Shown: one piece after another, positions 1 to 11,934 of the stretch | Layout: each line of letters starts with the position of its first letter | Position numbering within the stretch: position 1 is the stretch's first letter | Origin: Macrostomum lignano | Lineage: Eukaryota | DNA length: 64,000 bases | Direction of reading: 5' to 3' | NCBI GenBank assembly: GCA_002269645.1 | Contig: NIVC01001269.1 | Span: forward strand, 124,001 to 188,000 | The notes under the pieces: model-generated | Database searches by the model: none | What the model was told of the DNA's origin: nothing | The model's input: only the letters and a program-made list of their open reading frames with translations | Program-made: the position numbers and the translations under genes

Positions 1-110
1 TGTTTGTCCACAAACTTTCTGAACAACCCTCATATCAGGCCTAGACATAGTTAAAGAGAGAAAAAACAGAGAGCACTAGGCCTATTATAGCTATATTGGT
101 GACATCCATG

Positions 111-459
111 CAGGGTTTTTTGTGAGCAGAGTGTGCATATGCACCTTAAATTTTAAAATTGCACCCTGAAATTAAAAAAGTAGGTGCGGTTTAGGTGCAG
201 TCTTATAACAATTTTTCTTTAAACTTAAAGGCTTAACCATGCTTAAGCTATTTTTCATGCACTGCCTTAAAATATAAAACAGACAAGAGGTCAAGGCATT
301 CTTTGTACAAAGATGTATAGACATAAGACATGTCTAAACATTCCCAGTTGTCTGAAACAAGACTCAAAGAGAAATTGCACTCTGAGCCTTAAAATCGCAC
401 CTTGAAATTTGGCACAAGGTGCGATTTTGCACCTTGTCTCTGGCGAAAAAAAACCCTAG
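111..459. mobile_element. ~350-bp non-autonomous DNA transposon (MITE, hAT-like 8-bp TSD)
   Basis: Termini cagggttttttt ... aaaaaaaaccctag; exact 8-bp TSD catccatg at 103-110 and 460-467; subterminal gcacc(c/t)tg/ggtgc motifs shared with the insertion at 40707-41052. Confidence 0.8.
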
Positions 460-1497
460 CATCCATGACAGGAAGTTTACCCCTAGCACAATTATAATTT
501 ATAGGTCTAATATAAAGTATAATACTAATAGGTTTTGATAAAATATATTTTATCTATAAAAAAAATAGATTATTCATTCTATATATGCATATATACTTAA
601 GTGTAGAAATCATTTATTCTGATTTTGCAGCAATCATTATACTTTCTTATGTTAGGCCTACTTTACTAGGAGCCAGTGTATATCTAAGGTGGCCACATAC
701 TAAGATAAAGATGGCCATAGGCGATAGGCCTAGGCCCTAGCTCTAATTGGCTTGTGAAGATTTCAACCACTCTCAATTACTATTGGCTGTTTCTAGCTCC
801 TAGGGCCGACCTAGGGTGTAGTGTAGGCCCCTAGTAGAGAGGACCATTGCATATGTCCCTCAAGTCTTAGCTATAATTTCCTCATTTGAAACAATTTATT
901 ACTGGTAGAGCCCGGCCTATGTCCTAGCAAATAATGTTTATCATTGCATTAGGGCTAGGCTGCCTAGGCACTATTATTTTTCTTGACCTGGCTGACCTGA
1001 TTGAGATTTTCATGTTCATATTCAACAACTAACAAATTCGGTCATTGGCAGACAGGCCGCTAGTGCTGAGATCATCACTAGCTAGGCCTAGCCGCTTTGG
1101 TCAAGCAAAATTGCCAAAACCCGCTGATTTCTTCAGATTCAAGGAGGACAACTAAGGACAAGATAAGAACAATTGTCCTCCTTCGATTTTCTTCCTGCTG
1201 ATTTACATGAAACATTTGCCTATTTAAACAACATTTGCTTCCTTAAAAGATAGAAGGATTTTAACAAAGCTGCGATTAAACAAAAAAACATAATGCAAGT
1301 AAGTTTCCTGTGTTTGTAAAATTTTAGTAGGCCTAGTGTTTTTTTGCATTGTGGTAACTTGAAAAAAATTGATTAATTTTGTATCTAGGCCGTTTTACTA
1401 AGCTCCTAGGGCTTTCATGAATATAGCTTTCATGAATGAACTAATTTCTATGCACACTCAGCCCAATAGGCAATGTATCACCATTAGCCTTTTACCT

Positions 1498-2099
1498 AGT
1501 CTGGGTGAAGTCCTGCATGTCAATTTTCAGCGACAGAGAGCAAGCAGAACAGAAGTACTCGAAATCGAATATCAATCTAATACATTGTGGAGATAGGAAC
1601 ATCAGTTTTTCTCGAATAGTTCTCGAGCATGAAGCTTTGAGTTCGGTTTGAGTTATGATAATCGCTTAGTGTCTGGGTGAAGTCCTGCATGTCAATTTTC
1701 AGCGACAGAGAGCAAGCAGAAGTACTCGAAATCGAATACCAATCTAATACATTGTGGAGATAGGAACATCAGTTTTTCTCGAATAGTTCTCGAGCATGAA
1801 GCTTTGAGTTCGGTTTGAGTTATGATAATCGCTTAGTGTCTGGGTGAAGTCCTGCATGTCAATTTTCAGCGACAGAGAGCAAGCAGAAGTACTCGAAATC
1901 GAATACCAATCTAATACATTGTGGAGATAGGAACATCAGTTTTTCTCGAATAGTTCTCGAGCATGAAGCTTTGAGTTCGATTTGAGTTATGACAATCGCT
2001 TAGTGTCTGGGTGAAGTCCTGCATGTCAATTTTCAGCGACAGAGAGCAAGCAGAAGTACTCGAAATCGAATATCAATCTAATACACTGTGGAGATAGGG
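1498..2099. repeat. 167-bp tandem repeat, ~3.6 copies
   Basis: ctgggtgaagtcctgcatgtc recurs at 1501, 1673, 1840 and 2007. Confidence 0.95.
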
Positions 2100-4434
2100 A
2101 AGCACCAGTTTTTTGCAAATTGTAAAAAATCCTTTCTATCTGTAGCCGTAATTTTTTTCAAGTCGGTTTATCACGTGAGTGATGTTTTTTCTGTAAAAAA
2201 TCATAGCGGTTGGTGCTTTAAAAGCAAAGATTTTTGTTATTTCCGAATATCGATCTTGAATATCGCTCGGGGAATCCCTGCATATTGTTGTCACCGAAAT
2301 GTCTTGTCACCGAATTGACCTGGGACCGTCCTAAAGCCTGACAATTAAAATGCTTAGGGGTGACGGAGAGGACTAGTCAAGTCTGTCTAGAAGAAAATTT
2401 TTCCATTTTTTAGTTTTCAGTGTTTTCATGATAACTAATGATAATGTCCTGAATTTCTTATTCCTTTTGTAGTAGACATAATTTAGCATAGGTGCCATAG
2501 GCCTATTTGCCTATTATAACTTGTTTTTTGACTAGGCCTAGGCTAGGGACCAACGGCCAAGGAGCATGCATATTCAATTCAAGGACATATAAACTGGGCC
2601 TAGGCCACCTAGGGTGCCTAGCATGTAGGCCTAGGGCCTAACGCCCTAATGCAATTAATTAGCCAAGTTGCTTAGATTTTATTCCAGTATGCACCTACTT
2701 ACCACCTTTTTGACCAAAATATAGATTAGGTAACAAAGCTACCTCATTGCTATAATATAGGTCAAAAGGGCAACAGATAAAAAAGGTGATAGGCCTAATT
2801 CAAAAGGTGATAGGTCTAGTCAAAAGGCCAAAGGCAAAGGGCAATAATAGTTATAAGACATAATATATTTATTAGAATTACAAGTTCACATATATTAGAC
2901 TTTTATTTATTAGGCTTTTATTAATTATAATAATTATTTATTATAATATATTTGTTAAAATGTGCAAGTAGTTAAAATTTTGTCTAGACTTATGCAAATA
3001 TTAATATTTTTTAAATGTATAAATAGCAATAAGCCCTATGGAATATGTGATCTATTTTATAATTCGTAGCTGACTAGGCAACTAGGTCTAGTGAAAAGCT
3101 TTATAAATATCAATTGAGCTAAAAGAAAAGCAGAACAGCAAAAGATAAATAGTAAATCTGCCTTTTATATTAAAAGCAATAAATGAAAACTTACTATTTC
3201 TTTAAGCCTAGTATATTTTTTAGATAACTTGCATCTTGTTTCATTAAAAAATTATAAGAAATGAGGTTTTCCAATTTTAAAAACTTAAACAGTCTTTGGA
3301 GGTTGGTACATTAATTTATGCAATGTATAATGCTTGTATAATATCAATACAAGTCTAGATATATACTAATATACATTTTAATTACTTGTATAATTTGTTT
3401 TATACTAGGCCTTTTTCCTATGCTATACCAAAAAAATCCCACTATTACATTACTAAAACTTTGTTAGCACTAGGCCTAAGTTATATCCTTTGAAATGATC
3501 TTAACCAGGTTTTGCCCAATACTATATCTTGTCTTTCCAAGATTTGGCAAGAAGTTTTTTAGCATTCCAGTGTTGCCATTCTTGCGTAATATTAAACAGC
3601 AACTGTTTAGACATATATAAAGCCGCATTCAAGTCTTAGGACATTTTTTCAAAAGCTTTATATTATTTTGCTACTGGTCAAGCTCTAGTAAACACTTTGC
3701 AATAGAATCTAAATATGCTTTGTATAGCTTTAAGGTAGCAATAGCAACTGCTTTGCTAAGCCATTCATGTAGTTATCGGACAAAAGAAAACTGACCAAGT
3801 ACATTAAAAGAAGCTTTAGCAAAATAGATATGCATGTTGCTACGCATCTCTTGGATTGTCTTGTTTAGCAATAGATATTAGATAGCTTGATAATAATAGT
3901 CTTAAGAAGTCATTAGAAACATTAGTTTGCATGGAGGCTTTTGCTAGCATTTTTCTCTATATATATCTATATATCTATATATCTATATCTATATCTAGTC
4001 ATTGTATATCTTTTTTACCAAGTTAAATTACTCAGAGTACTAGGTATCTTGTGGATCTTAATGCCATTGGTTATCACACAATTGATCTCATTGATAGCTA
4101 TAATCAAGTTAAAACTATGCCTTGTAGCAAAATAGACAGTCCCTTAGTTTTACATAGAACTATAAAATGCAAATGCAGAGTGGAAAAAAGCCAAAAGACT
4201 AAAGGGCACTTAGATTCTGATCTTTTTTGTAATTCAAAACATTTAATAGTTCTATCATGCAACTCTTATTTGCAAATCAAGCAAAAAATTGTCATGTAGC
4301 TCTCAACAAAGCAAGTGGTACAAGAGTGTAAGCAAATGCTTTTTTGTCTTCAAATCTTCATTATCTTCTGCAACCTCTTTAAATGCTTCAGTTTGCTATG
4401 CCAACTTGGAGAAGTGGTTACATGTGTCATTGAT

Positions 4435-5049
4435 AATATAGCATTTTCCAAGCCAATTGAGCCTAGGAGCAAGCAATTGAATCCTTATTAGTAGAACCAA
4501 GCTATTGAAGGCTTGTTTTTCATTGTCTATGGCCCAAAAGAGGGTCTATGGAGCAACCAATTTGAGAATCTAGGCACACAATTAATCCCTTTCATAGTGC
4601 TTATATATCTTTCATAAATAACTTCACTAAAATAACATCTCCAAATAGATAGCATATCAAAAAGCGATTAAAATTAACACTTTGATTTCAGAGAAACCAA
4701 AATAGGCAAAGGCAAAACCATGGCATACAGTGAAAGCCAAGAACAATCATGTTACTCACAATGCTCATCCACTGCATCTTGGGCTATAGCCAAACTTTAC
4801 TCACTGCTCTGCTTGCTGAATTATTTGTCTGGCATATCTATGTTTGTCTAATGAAATCTTTTATTTTTTATGGTCTAAGGCTTGCACAACTGAGGATTAA
4901 TTGCGCACCCAAATTCTCAAATTGGTTGCTCCATAGACCTTCGTTTTGGGCCATAGACAATGAAAAGCAAGTCTTCAATAGCTTTATTTTTTCAACAAAG
5001 TATTAAATTGCTTGCTCCTAGGCTCAATTGGCTTGAAAAATGCTATATT
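4435..5049. mobile_element. Long-TIR foldback/MITE-like element (~155-bp imperfect inverted arms)
   Basis: 4435-4588 is the reverse complement of 4894-5049 (e.g. ccaagccaattgagcctaggagcaagcaatt vs aattgcttgctcctaggctcaattggcttg); no clear TSD found. Confidence 0.7.
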
Positions 5050-5575
5050 GTGGGTAGCTTAGAATTCATAGATTGACACTATAGCAAGGTTCAAGCAATG
5101 ACTGCTGCAATAAATGAATATATCATGCTCACATTCTTGTCTAATGAGTGCTAAAAATAAGTTTTCATAGCCATATCTGTAGCTTGGCATAGTTTTTCTA
5201 AAAAGCATGTCCATAACTTTCTGTAGTCAATAGTCATATCTGCTATAAGAAAACTATTACAACTATGAATAATGCTTTTAGCAGTAGCCAGTTGGAATTC
5301 AATAGAAAATAAATATAGCCCAGGGTAGGCCATGACATTTTCTTGTCAAAATATACTTTTACCCACAAAATTAGCTGATTAATTAAATAGATTACTTCAG
5401 CATTGTAATTTTAAATAATGTATGTATACTTATGCCTCTAATTTTTTGTGAAATTCTACTTCAGCGCTTGACAACAGGGCATAAACAGTGCAAGTAAATT
5501 TTTTGCCTCTGCCTTCAGCTCAATTGTTAAGTGCTACAAAGAGTTGGTTGCTAGGCAGACGCAAGAGCAGAGGTC

Positions 5576-8500
5576 ATGACCTCTAGCCTGTTCCACCATG
5601 GCGGCTATCAGTCTCTGGATGGAGACACTGGCCTCGGTGGCGCAGCTGGCATGCCTAGCATCGACTTTCACGAAGAAGAGATTGCATTTTCATCCGAGGA
5701 GACTTCGCTAGATCCCCGAGATCAATCGCACAGATTTGAGCACATTCAAAATCTTGACGACTTTTTCACTAGAGTTTATCGCTATCATCAGCGCGGCGGT
5801 TTTGTGTGCATGGCACTCGAAGAGCTGTTCCAGCTGTTCCAATTGGCTTTTGTTGTCATCTTCTCAACCTTCTTGATGGAGTGCGTTAACTATACAGTGC
5901 TGTTTCGCAATGCTATGACTAATGGAACAAAGACTAGGCTATCCGAGGCCGTTATTAATCCGCAGTATTGCGCCGCCCACCTCAGCGGTTGGGTCGTGTT
6001 CGCTGTAATTGTGTCCATATTTGTCTGGCTGGCTAAGTTTGCCAAAGTGTCTTATAATCTTATCAAGTATTGGGAGACTCGAGGCTTTTATACGCAGGTA
6101 AATTTCATTCTTGCTTTGGGTTTTGAGTGGTTGCTGGTGGCGGCAGTCATATAAAGTCATATACAGGTAGCAGCAGTTCTAATTAGAGGATCCCATTAAG
6201 AGATTACAGGTAGCAGCGGTTCTAATTAGAGGATTTTATTAAGAGATTGAAGTCATCGGCAGTTGTAATTAGAGGATCTCATTAAGAGATTGCAGGTAGC
6301 AGCAGTTCTAATTAGAGGATCCCATTAAAAGATTACAGGTAGCAGCGGTTCTAATTAGAGGATCCCATTAAGAGATTACAGGTAGCAGCGGTTCTAATTA
6401 GATGATCTCATTAAGAGATTGCAGGTAGCAGCAGTTCTAATTAGATGATCTCATTAAGAGATTGCAGGTAGCAGCAGTTCTAATTAGATGATCTCATTAA
6501 GAGATTGCAGGTAGCAGCAGTTCTAATTAGAGAATCTCATTATAGAGATTGAAGTCAGCGGCAGTTGTAATTAGAGGATTTCATTAATTAAGAGATTACA
6601 GGTAGCAGCAGTTCTAATTAGAGGATCTCATTAAGATATTGCAGGTAGCAGCAGTTTTAATTAGAGGATCTTATCAAGAGCTTGTAAATAAAAAAAAACT
6701 TGTGAATCTTTTCTGCTTACAAAATATACTACTAGAATTAAGTAGTAACAGACTGCTAACTTGCACTCATTCGCTTGCCCCAGGCCCTTAAGATATGCGA
6801 CAGCTCGGAGCTGGCCAGTCTGACCTGGGCTGAGGTGCAGTCCAAGCTGCTGGCTATGCAAAAAGAATATCACCTGTGCGTGCACAAGAGCGACTTAACG
6901 GAGCTGGATATCTATAATCGAATATTGCGATTCGAAAACTACACTGTTGCTATGGTGAATAAAGACCTGCTACCGTTAAAGCTTCAGTTGCCGTTCATAG
7001 GCGAGTACGTGTACTTTTCCCGCTGGTTAAAGTACAACATTAAGCTAGCCCTGTTCTACTTTCCCTATTGGGGTCTGTTTGAAAACCGCTGGCACCTGAA
7101 GCCGGAGTACAAGCGACTGGACAATCGTAGCGAGTTAGTGGAAAGATTGCGCAAAATATTCCGCATTTTCGGCCTGTTGAATATTCTTCTATTGCCGCTA
7201 ATTTTCTTGTGGCAGATTCTGCTTTTGTTTTTCAAATACGCCGAACTGGTCAAGCGAGAGCCGTCACTACTGGGCAGCCGGCGTTGGTCTGAGTACGGCC
7301 GGGTCTACCTGCGCCATTTCAACGAATTGGATCACGAACTGGAGGCCAGATTAGTTCGAGCCTACGAGCCGGCAGCTCGCTACATGAATTGTTTCACATC
7401 TCGCGTGCTCACCGTACTCGCTAAGAATGTGATGTTCTTTGCCGGCGCTCTGCTGGTTGTGCTCATTGTGCTGTCCGTTATTGATGAGGATGTGCTGCAC
7501 GTTGAGCACGTGCTCACCGGAATGACGGTGCTGGGCATTGTGGTCACCATTTGTCGGGCTACCATACCGGATGAGAATCAGGTGCGTGTCTGCCTGTTAA
7601 CTGCGATTTCATTAATTAGGGCTTAATTGGAATCTCGGCTTGGCTCTGCTCGTGCAATTAACAACCTCGTGATCCAACTCCCAAGACACAGTGAAAACGT
7701 ACATACCTAACTGAGTCTGCAATAAGAGAGGCCGTCTGTACGGCGTATTTTTTGCGCAAGGGGTTGTAGCCTAGCAGTTTTCGCATATTCGCATAATTGT
7801 AAAAGCGTTGGACTTTGCAATTGAAAGTTCGTGAGTTCGATTCTCGGCCCACTCGGAACAATTTGTGTCATTGAGCAAGACGCTTAACTCTCTGCATTGC
7901 TTCAGTTCACCCAGCTGTAAAATTGGTGCCAGCATTAGCTGGGGTAAATTGAGGGTGTGTGGCGACTCCCCCAGTCCTTGGAATGCACAGCCGTACGCAG
8001 CCTTCAACTGCGTTGCGCAATAGCTGCGGCTGAGCTGTCGGTTGCACATCTGGCCATTAGGGCAGGTGTAATTTATTTTTATTTTAACGATAAATAAGGT
8101 TAGGGCTGCTGTGCACTCCCGTGTGAGTGTGTGCCTGTGCGTATGACTGCGTACGTATCCGCGCGCTTGTGTGCCTGCTCAGGGGAGTCGGCGGAATGGG
8201 CAGTAATGCCTCTCGCCGGTTGTGTGACAATGTCGCTTTAAGTGCGCCAGGGTGCCCCCTGCTTCCTTGGCATGTGCATTCCCCTCAGCAATTTAGATTA
8301 ATTTTTGTGAGGATAGTTTAGTTGACTCGCTATTATGTAGTGTAATATTAAAAGTTTGCTGCTGATTGCAACTGCAAAACCCTCAGGTGTGGTGCCCAGA
8401 GCTGCTGCTGAAGAAGACGCTGTGCCATATTCACTATCTGCCCGACTCTTGGCAGTGGCGCGGTCGTGAGCACAAAACGGTGACTCGGAATAACTTTGCC

Positions 8501-11434
8501 GTGCTGTTTCAGTACAAGGTCACCTTCCTGCTGGAGGAGATGCTGAGTCCAATTGTGACACCTCTGATGCTGCTGTTCGTGTTTCCCGACAGGTCAGCTG
8601 TGACCAGGCTGTGATGGGCCTGAGCTTTTTGGCTACCCTTGATATCGAGTAGCCTTGAACCTTCAGTATCCCTGAACCCTCAGTATCCATGAACCTTCAC
8701 TATCCCTGAACCTTCAGTATCCCTGAACCCTCAGTATCCCTGAACCTTCAGTATCCCTGAACCTTCAGTATCCCTGAACCTTCACTATCCCTGAAACTTC
8801 AGTATCCCTGAACCCTCAGTATCCCTGAACCTTCAGTATCCCTGAACCTTCAGTATCCCTGAACCTTCACTATCCCTGAACCTTCACTATCCCTGAACCT
8901 TCAGTATCCCTGAACCTTCAGTATCCCTGAACCTTCAGTATCCCTGAACCTTCAGTATCCCTGAACCTTCACTATCCCTGAACCTTCACTATCCCTAAAC
9001 CTTCACTATCCCTGAACCTTCAGTATCCCTGGACCTTCAGTATCCCTGAACCTTCAGTATCCCTGAACCTTCACTATCCCTGAACCTTCACTATCCCTGA
9101 ACCTTCAGTATCCCTGAACCTTCACTATCCCTGAACCTTCAGTATCCCTGAACCTTCACTATCCCTGAACCTTCAGTATCCCTGAACCTTCACTATCCCT
9201 GAACCTTCAGTATCCCTGAACCTTCAGTATCCCTGGACCTTCAGTATCCCTGAACATTCAGTATCCCTGAACCTTCTATATCCCTGAACCTTCAGTGTCC
9301 TTGTACATTTAGGTAGCCTTAAGTCTTCAGTATCCCTGAACCTTCAGTATCCCTGAACCTTCAGTATCCCTGAACCTTCAGTATCCCTGAACTTACAGTA
9401 TCCCTGAACCTTCAGTATCCCTAAACCTTCAGTATCCCTGAACCTTCAGTATCCCTGGACCTTCAGTATCCCTGAACCTTCACTATCCCTGAACCTTCAG
9501 TATCCCTGAACCTTCAGTATCCCTGAACCTTCACTATCCCTGAACCTTCAGTATCCCTGAACCTTCAGTATCCCTGGACCTTCAGTATCCCTGAACATTC
9601 AGTATCCCTGAACCTTCAGTATCCCTGAACCTTCAGTATCCCTGAACCTTCTATATCCCTGAACCTTCAGTGTCCTTGTACATTTAGGTAGCCTTAAGTC
9701 TTCAGTATCCCTGAACCTTCAGTATCCCTGAACCTTCAGTATCCCTGAACCTTCAGTATCCCTGAACTTACAGTATCCCTGGACCTTCAGTATCCCTGAA
9801 CATTCAGTATCCCTGAACCTTCTATATCCCTGAACCTTCAGTGTCCTTGTACATTTAGGTAGCCTTAAGTCTTCAGTATCCCTGAACCTTCAGTATCCCT
9901 GAACCTTCAGTATCCCTGAACTTTCAGTATCCCTGAACCTTCAGTATCCCTGAACCTTCAGTATCCCTGAACATTCAGTATCCCTGAACCTTCTATATCC
10001 CTGAACCTTCAGTGTCCTTGTACATTTAGGTAGCCTTAAGTCTTCAGTATCCCTAAACCTTCAGTATCCCTGAACCTTCAATATCCCTGAACCTTCAGTA
10101 TCCCTGAACCTTCTATATCCCTAAACCTTCAGTGTCCTTGTACATTTAGGTAGCCTTAAGTCTTCAGTATCCCTGAACCTTCAGTATCCCTGAACCTTCA
10201 ATATCCCTGAACCTTCAGTATCCCTGAACCTTCAGTATCCCTGAACCTTCTATATCCCTGAACCTTCAGTATCCCTGAACCTTCAGTATCCCTGAACCTT
10301 CAGTATCCCTGAACCTTCAGTATCCCTGAACCTTCAGTATCCCTGAACCTTCAGTATCCCTGAACCTTCAGTATCCCTGAACCTTCAGTATCCCTGAACC
10401 TTCTATATCCCTGAACCTTCAGTGTCCTTGTACATTTAGGTAGCCTTAAGTCTTCAGTAGCCCTGAACCCTTCCAATAACCTAAGCCTCATGTTGACCTC
10501 ATGACCTGCATTCACCTGAGCGCCGCCGCTGCCACTTGAAATTCGCAGATGCGGCCAGCTCATTGATTTCTTCCGCAACTTCACTATCGACATCCAAGGC
10601 GTCGGCGATGTCTGCTCGTTCGCCCAGCTGGACGTCCGCGCCCACGGCAACCCGGAATGGTCAGCTGACGCAGACGCCCCAATGCCGACAATGAGCGGCT
10701 CCGCAGCCGCTGCCACTTCGACATCGTCGGTTCCGCATGACGACCAGCCTGCCGAGCTGGCCCCCAAAGCTGCTGACGGCAAGACTGAACTGTCTCTGCT
10801 GCACTTTCACCTCACCAACCCCGGCTGGCAGCCGCACAATCGCCAGTCCGGACTCTACCTGGACAGCCTGCGGCGACAGGCAATGCAGGCCAGCTGCAGT
10901 GTGCAGCAGTTGCAGTCTCAGCAGCAGCAACAGCAGCAGAATCTTCTTCTAGCAGCTTCATTCCCAAAGCCGGAGGATTCCACCACTGGCGCTCTGCTGA
11001 TGCTGCAGTCGCAGCAGATCTTCGCCGCGCCGCCAAACAGTCTGGAAGCTGCCGCCTCGGCTGGCGCAGCGCAGCCAATGTCTCTGCAGCCTCAGCAGCA
11101 GCGGCTTGTTGGCGGAGTTTGCCGTCTGGACCATCATCAGGGCCAGTCCGCCCAGAGTCTGCAACATCAGCAGCAGCAGCAGCAATCAATGGTTGGCATG
11201 ACAGCATCAGCTGCTCTGTTAGATCCGTATTCTGTAGCTGCTAACTCCGGCCAGCAGTCTCTGGCCGCCCAGATGTCCGTGTCCACTCTGTACCTTCACG
11301 AGCTGCATCACCACCGACTGTTGAGCCGGGCCCCCGGGGCCGCCCTGCTTCTGGCGCCCATGGCCGAGGACGAACCGGACAGAGAAGGCGGCGGAGGAGG
11401 CGGGCAATACGGCGGATCGGCTAGCACGGCTTGA
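5576..11434 (+). CDS. ATG9: Autophagy-related protein 9 (lipid scramblase), 4 coding exons
   Basis: Exons 5576-6097, 6784-7581, 8387-8592, 10549-11434, all GT-AG with compatible phases. Hallmark motifs: HIQNLDDFFTRVY, ELDIYNRILRFENY, YLRHFNELDHEL, LFQYKVTFLLEE, IDFFRNFT..GVGDVCSFAQLD, DGKTELSLLHF..TNPGWQP. Confidence 0.97.
6164..6668. repeat. 43-bp minisatellite in ATG9 intron 1 (~12 copies)
   Basis: Unit caggtagcagcagttctaattagaggatcccattaagagatta. Confidence 0.95.
7619..8285 (+). mobile_element. 5'-truncated SINE family B copy interrupted by a SINE family A insertion
   Basis: 7619-7710 and ~8085-8275 match the reverse complement of 15270-15530 on either side of the inserted block. Confidence 0.8.
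7760..8072 (+). mobile_element. tRNA-derived CORE-like SINE (family A), copy 1
   Basis: Degenerate A/B-box head (gagttcgattc); CORE-like ttgagcaagacgcttaactctctgcattgcttcagttcacccagctgtaaaattgg; shared 3' tail. Confidence 0.8.
8640..10470. repeat. 17-bp minisatellite in ATG9 intron 3 (~100 copies) with recurring 35-bp variant cassette
   Basis: Unit cagtatccctgaacctt; cassette gtgtccttgtacatttaggtagccttaagtctt at ~9295, 9670, 9841, 10012, 10132, 10422. Confidence 0.97.
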
Positions 11435-11570
11435 GCACGGTTGCTATTAGCTACTGCGGAAGCTTGAATAATGCTAGCTGCTACTTTGCTTTTGGTCTAC
11501 TCATATAGTAGCTATTAGTGCCATTTTCGGCTGAGTTGGGAAATTAAAAAAACTTATCACTGTTAGTGAC

Positions 11571-11820
11571 GCTTCTGTATGTCTAATCATGATGCTTCTG
11601 TATGTCTAATCATGATGCTTCTGTATGTCTAATCATGATACTTCTGTATGTCTAATCATGATGCTTCTGTATGTCTAATCATGATGCTTCTGTATGTCTA
11701 ATCATGATTCTTATGTATGTCTAATCATGATGCTTCTGTATGTCTAATCATGATACTTCTGTATGTCTAATCATGCTACTTCTGTATGTCTAATCATGCT
11801 ACTTCTTTATGTCTAATCAT
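11571..11820. repeat. 23-bp minisatellite (~11 copies) in the ATG9 3' region
   Basis: Unit atgcttctgtatgtctaatcatg. Confidence 0.95.
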
Positions 11821-11934
11821 TATTTAGTAACCCCAGGTGAACTTTCAATATTCCACACATGCACCTGTGTTCAGTAACCTGCAAGGGATCCCTTACCTGT
11901 AGATAAAAGTGTAAAGTTAGCCAATAGATGACTA

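Noticed and set aside
3500-5340. Short ORFs in the AT-rich region, possibly a decayed transposase
   Set aside because: No catalytic motif recognisable by eye; a tBLASTn search would be needed
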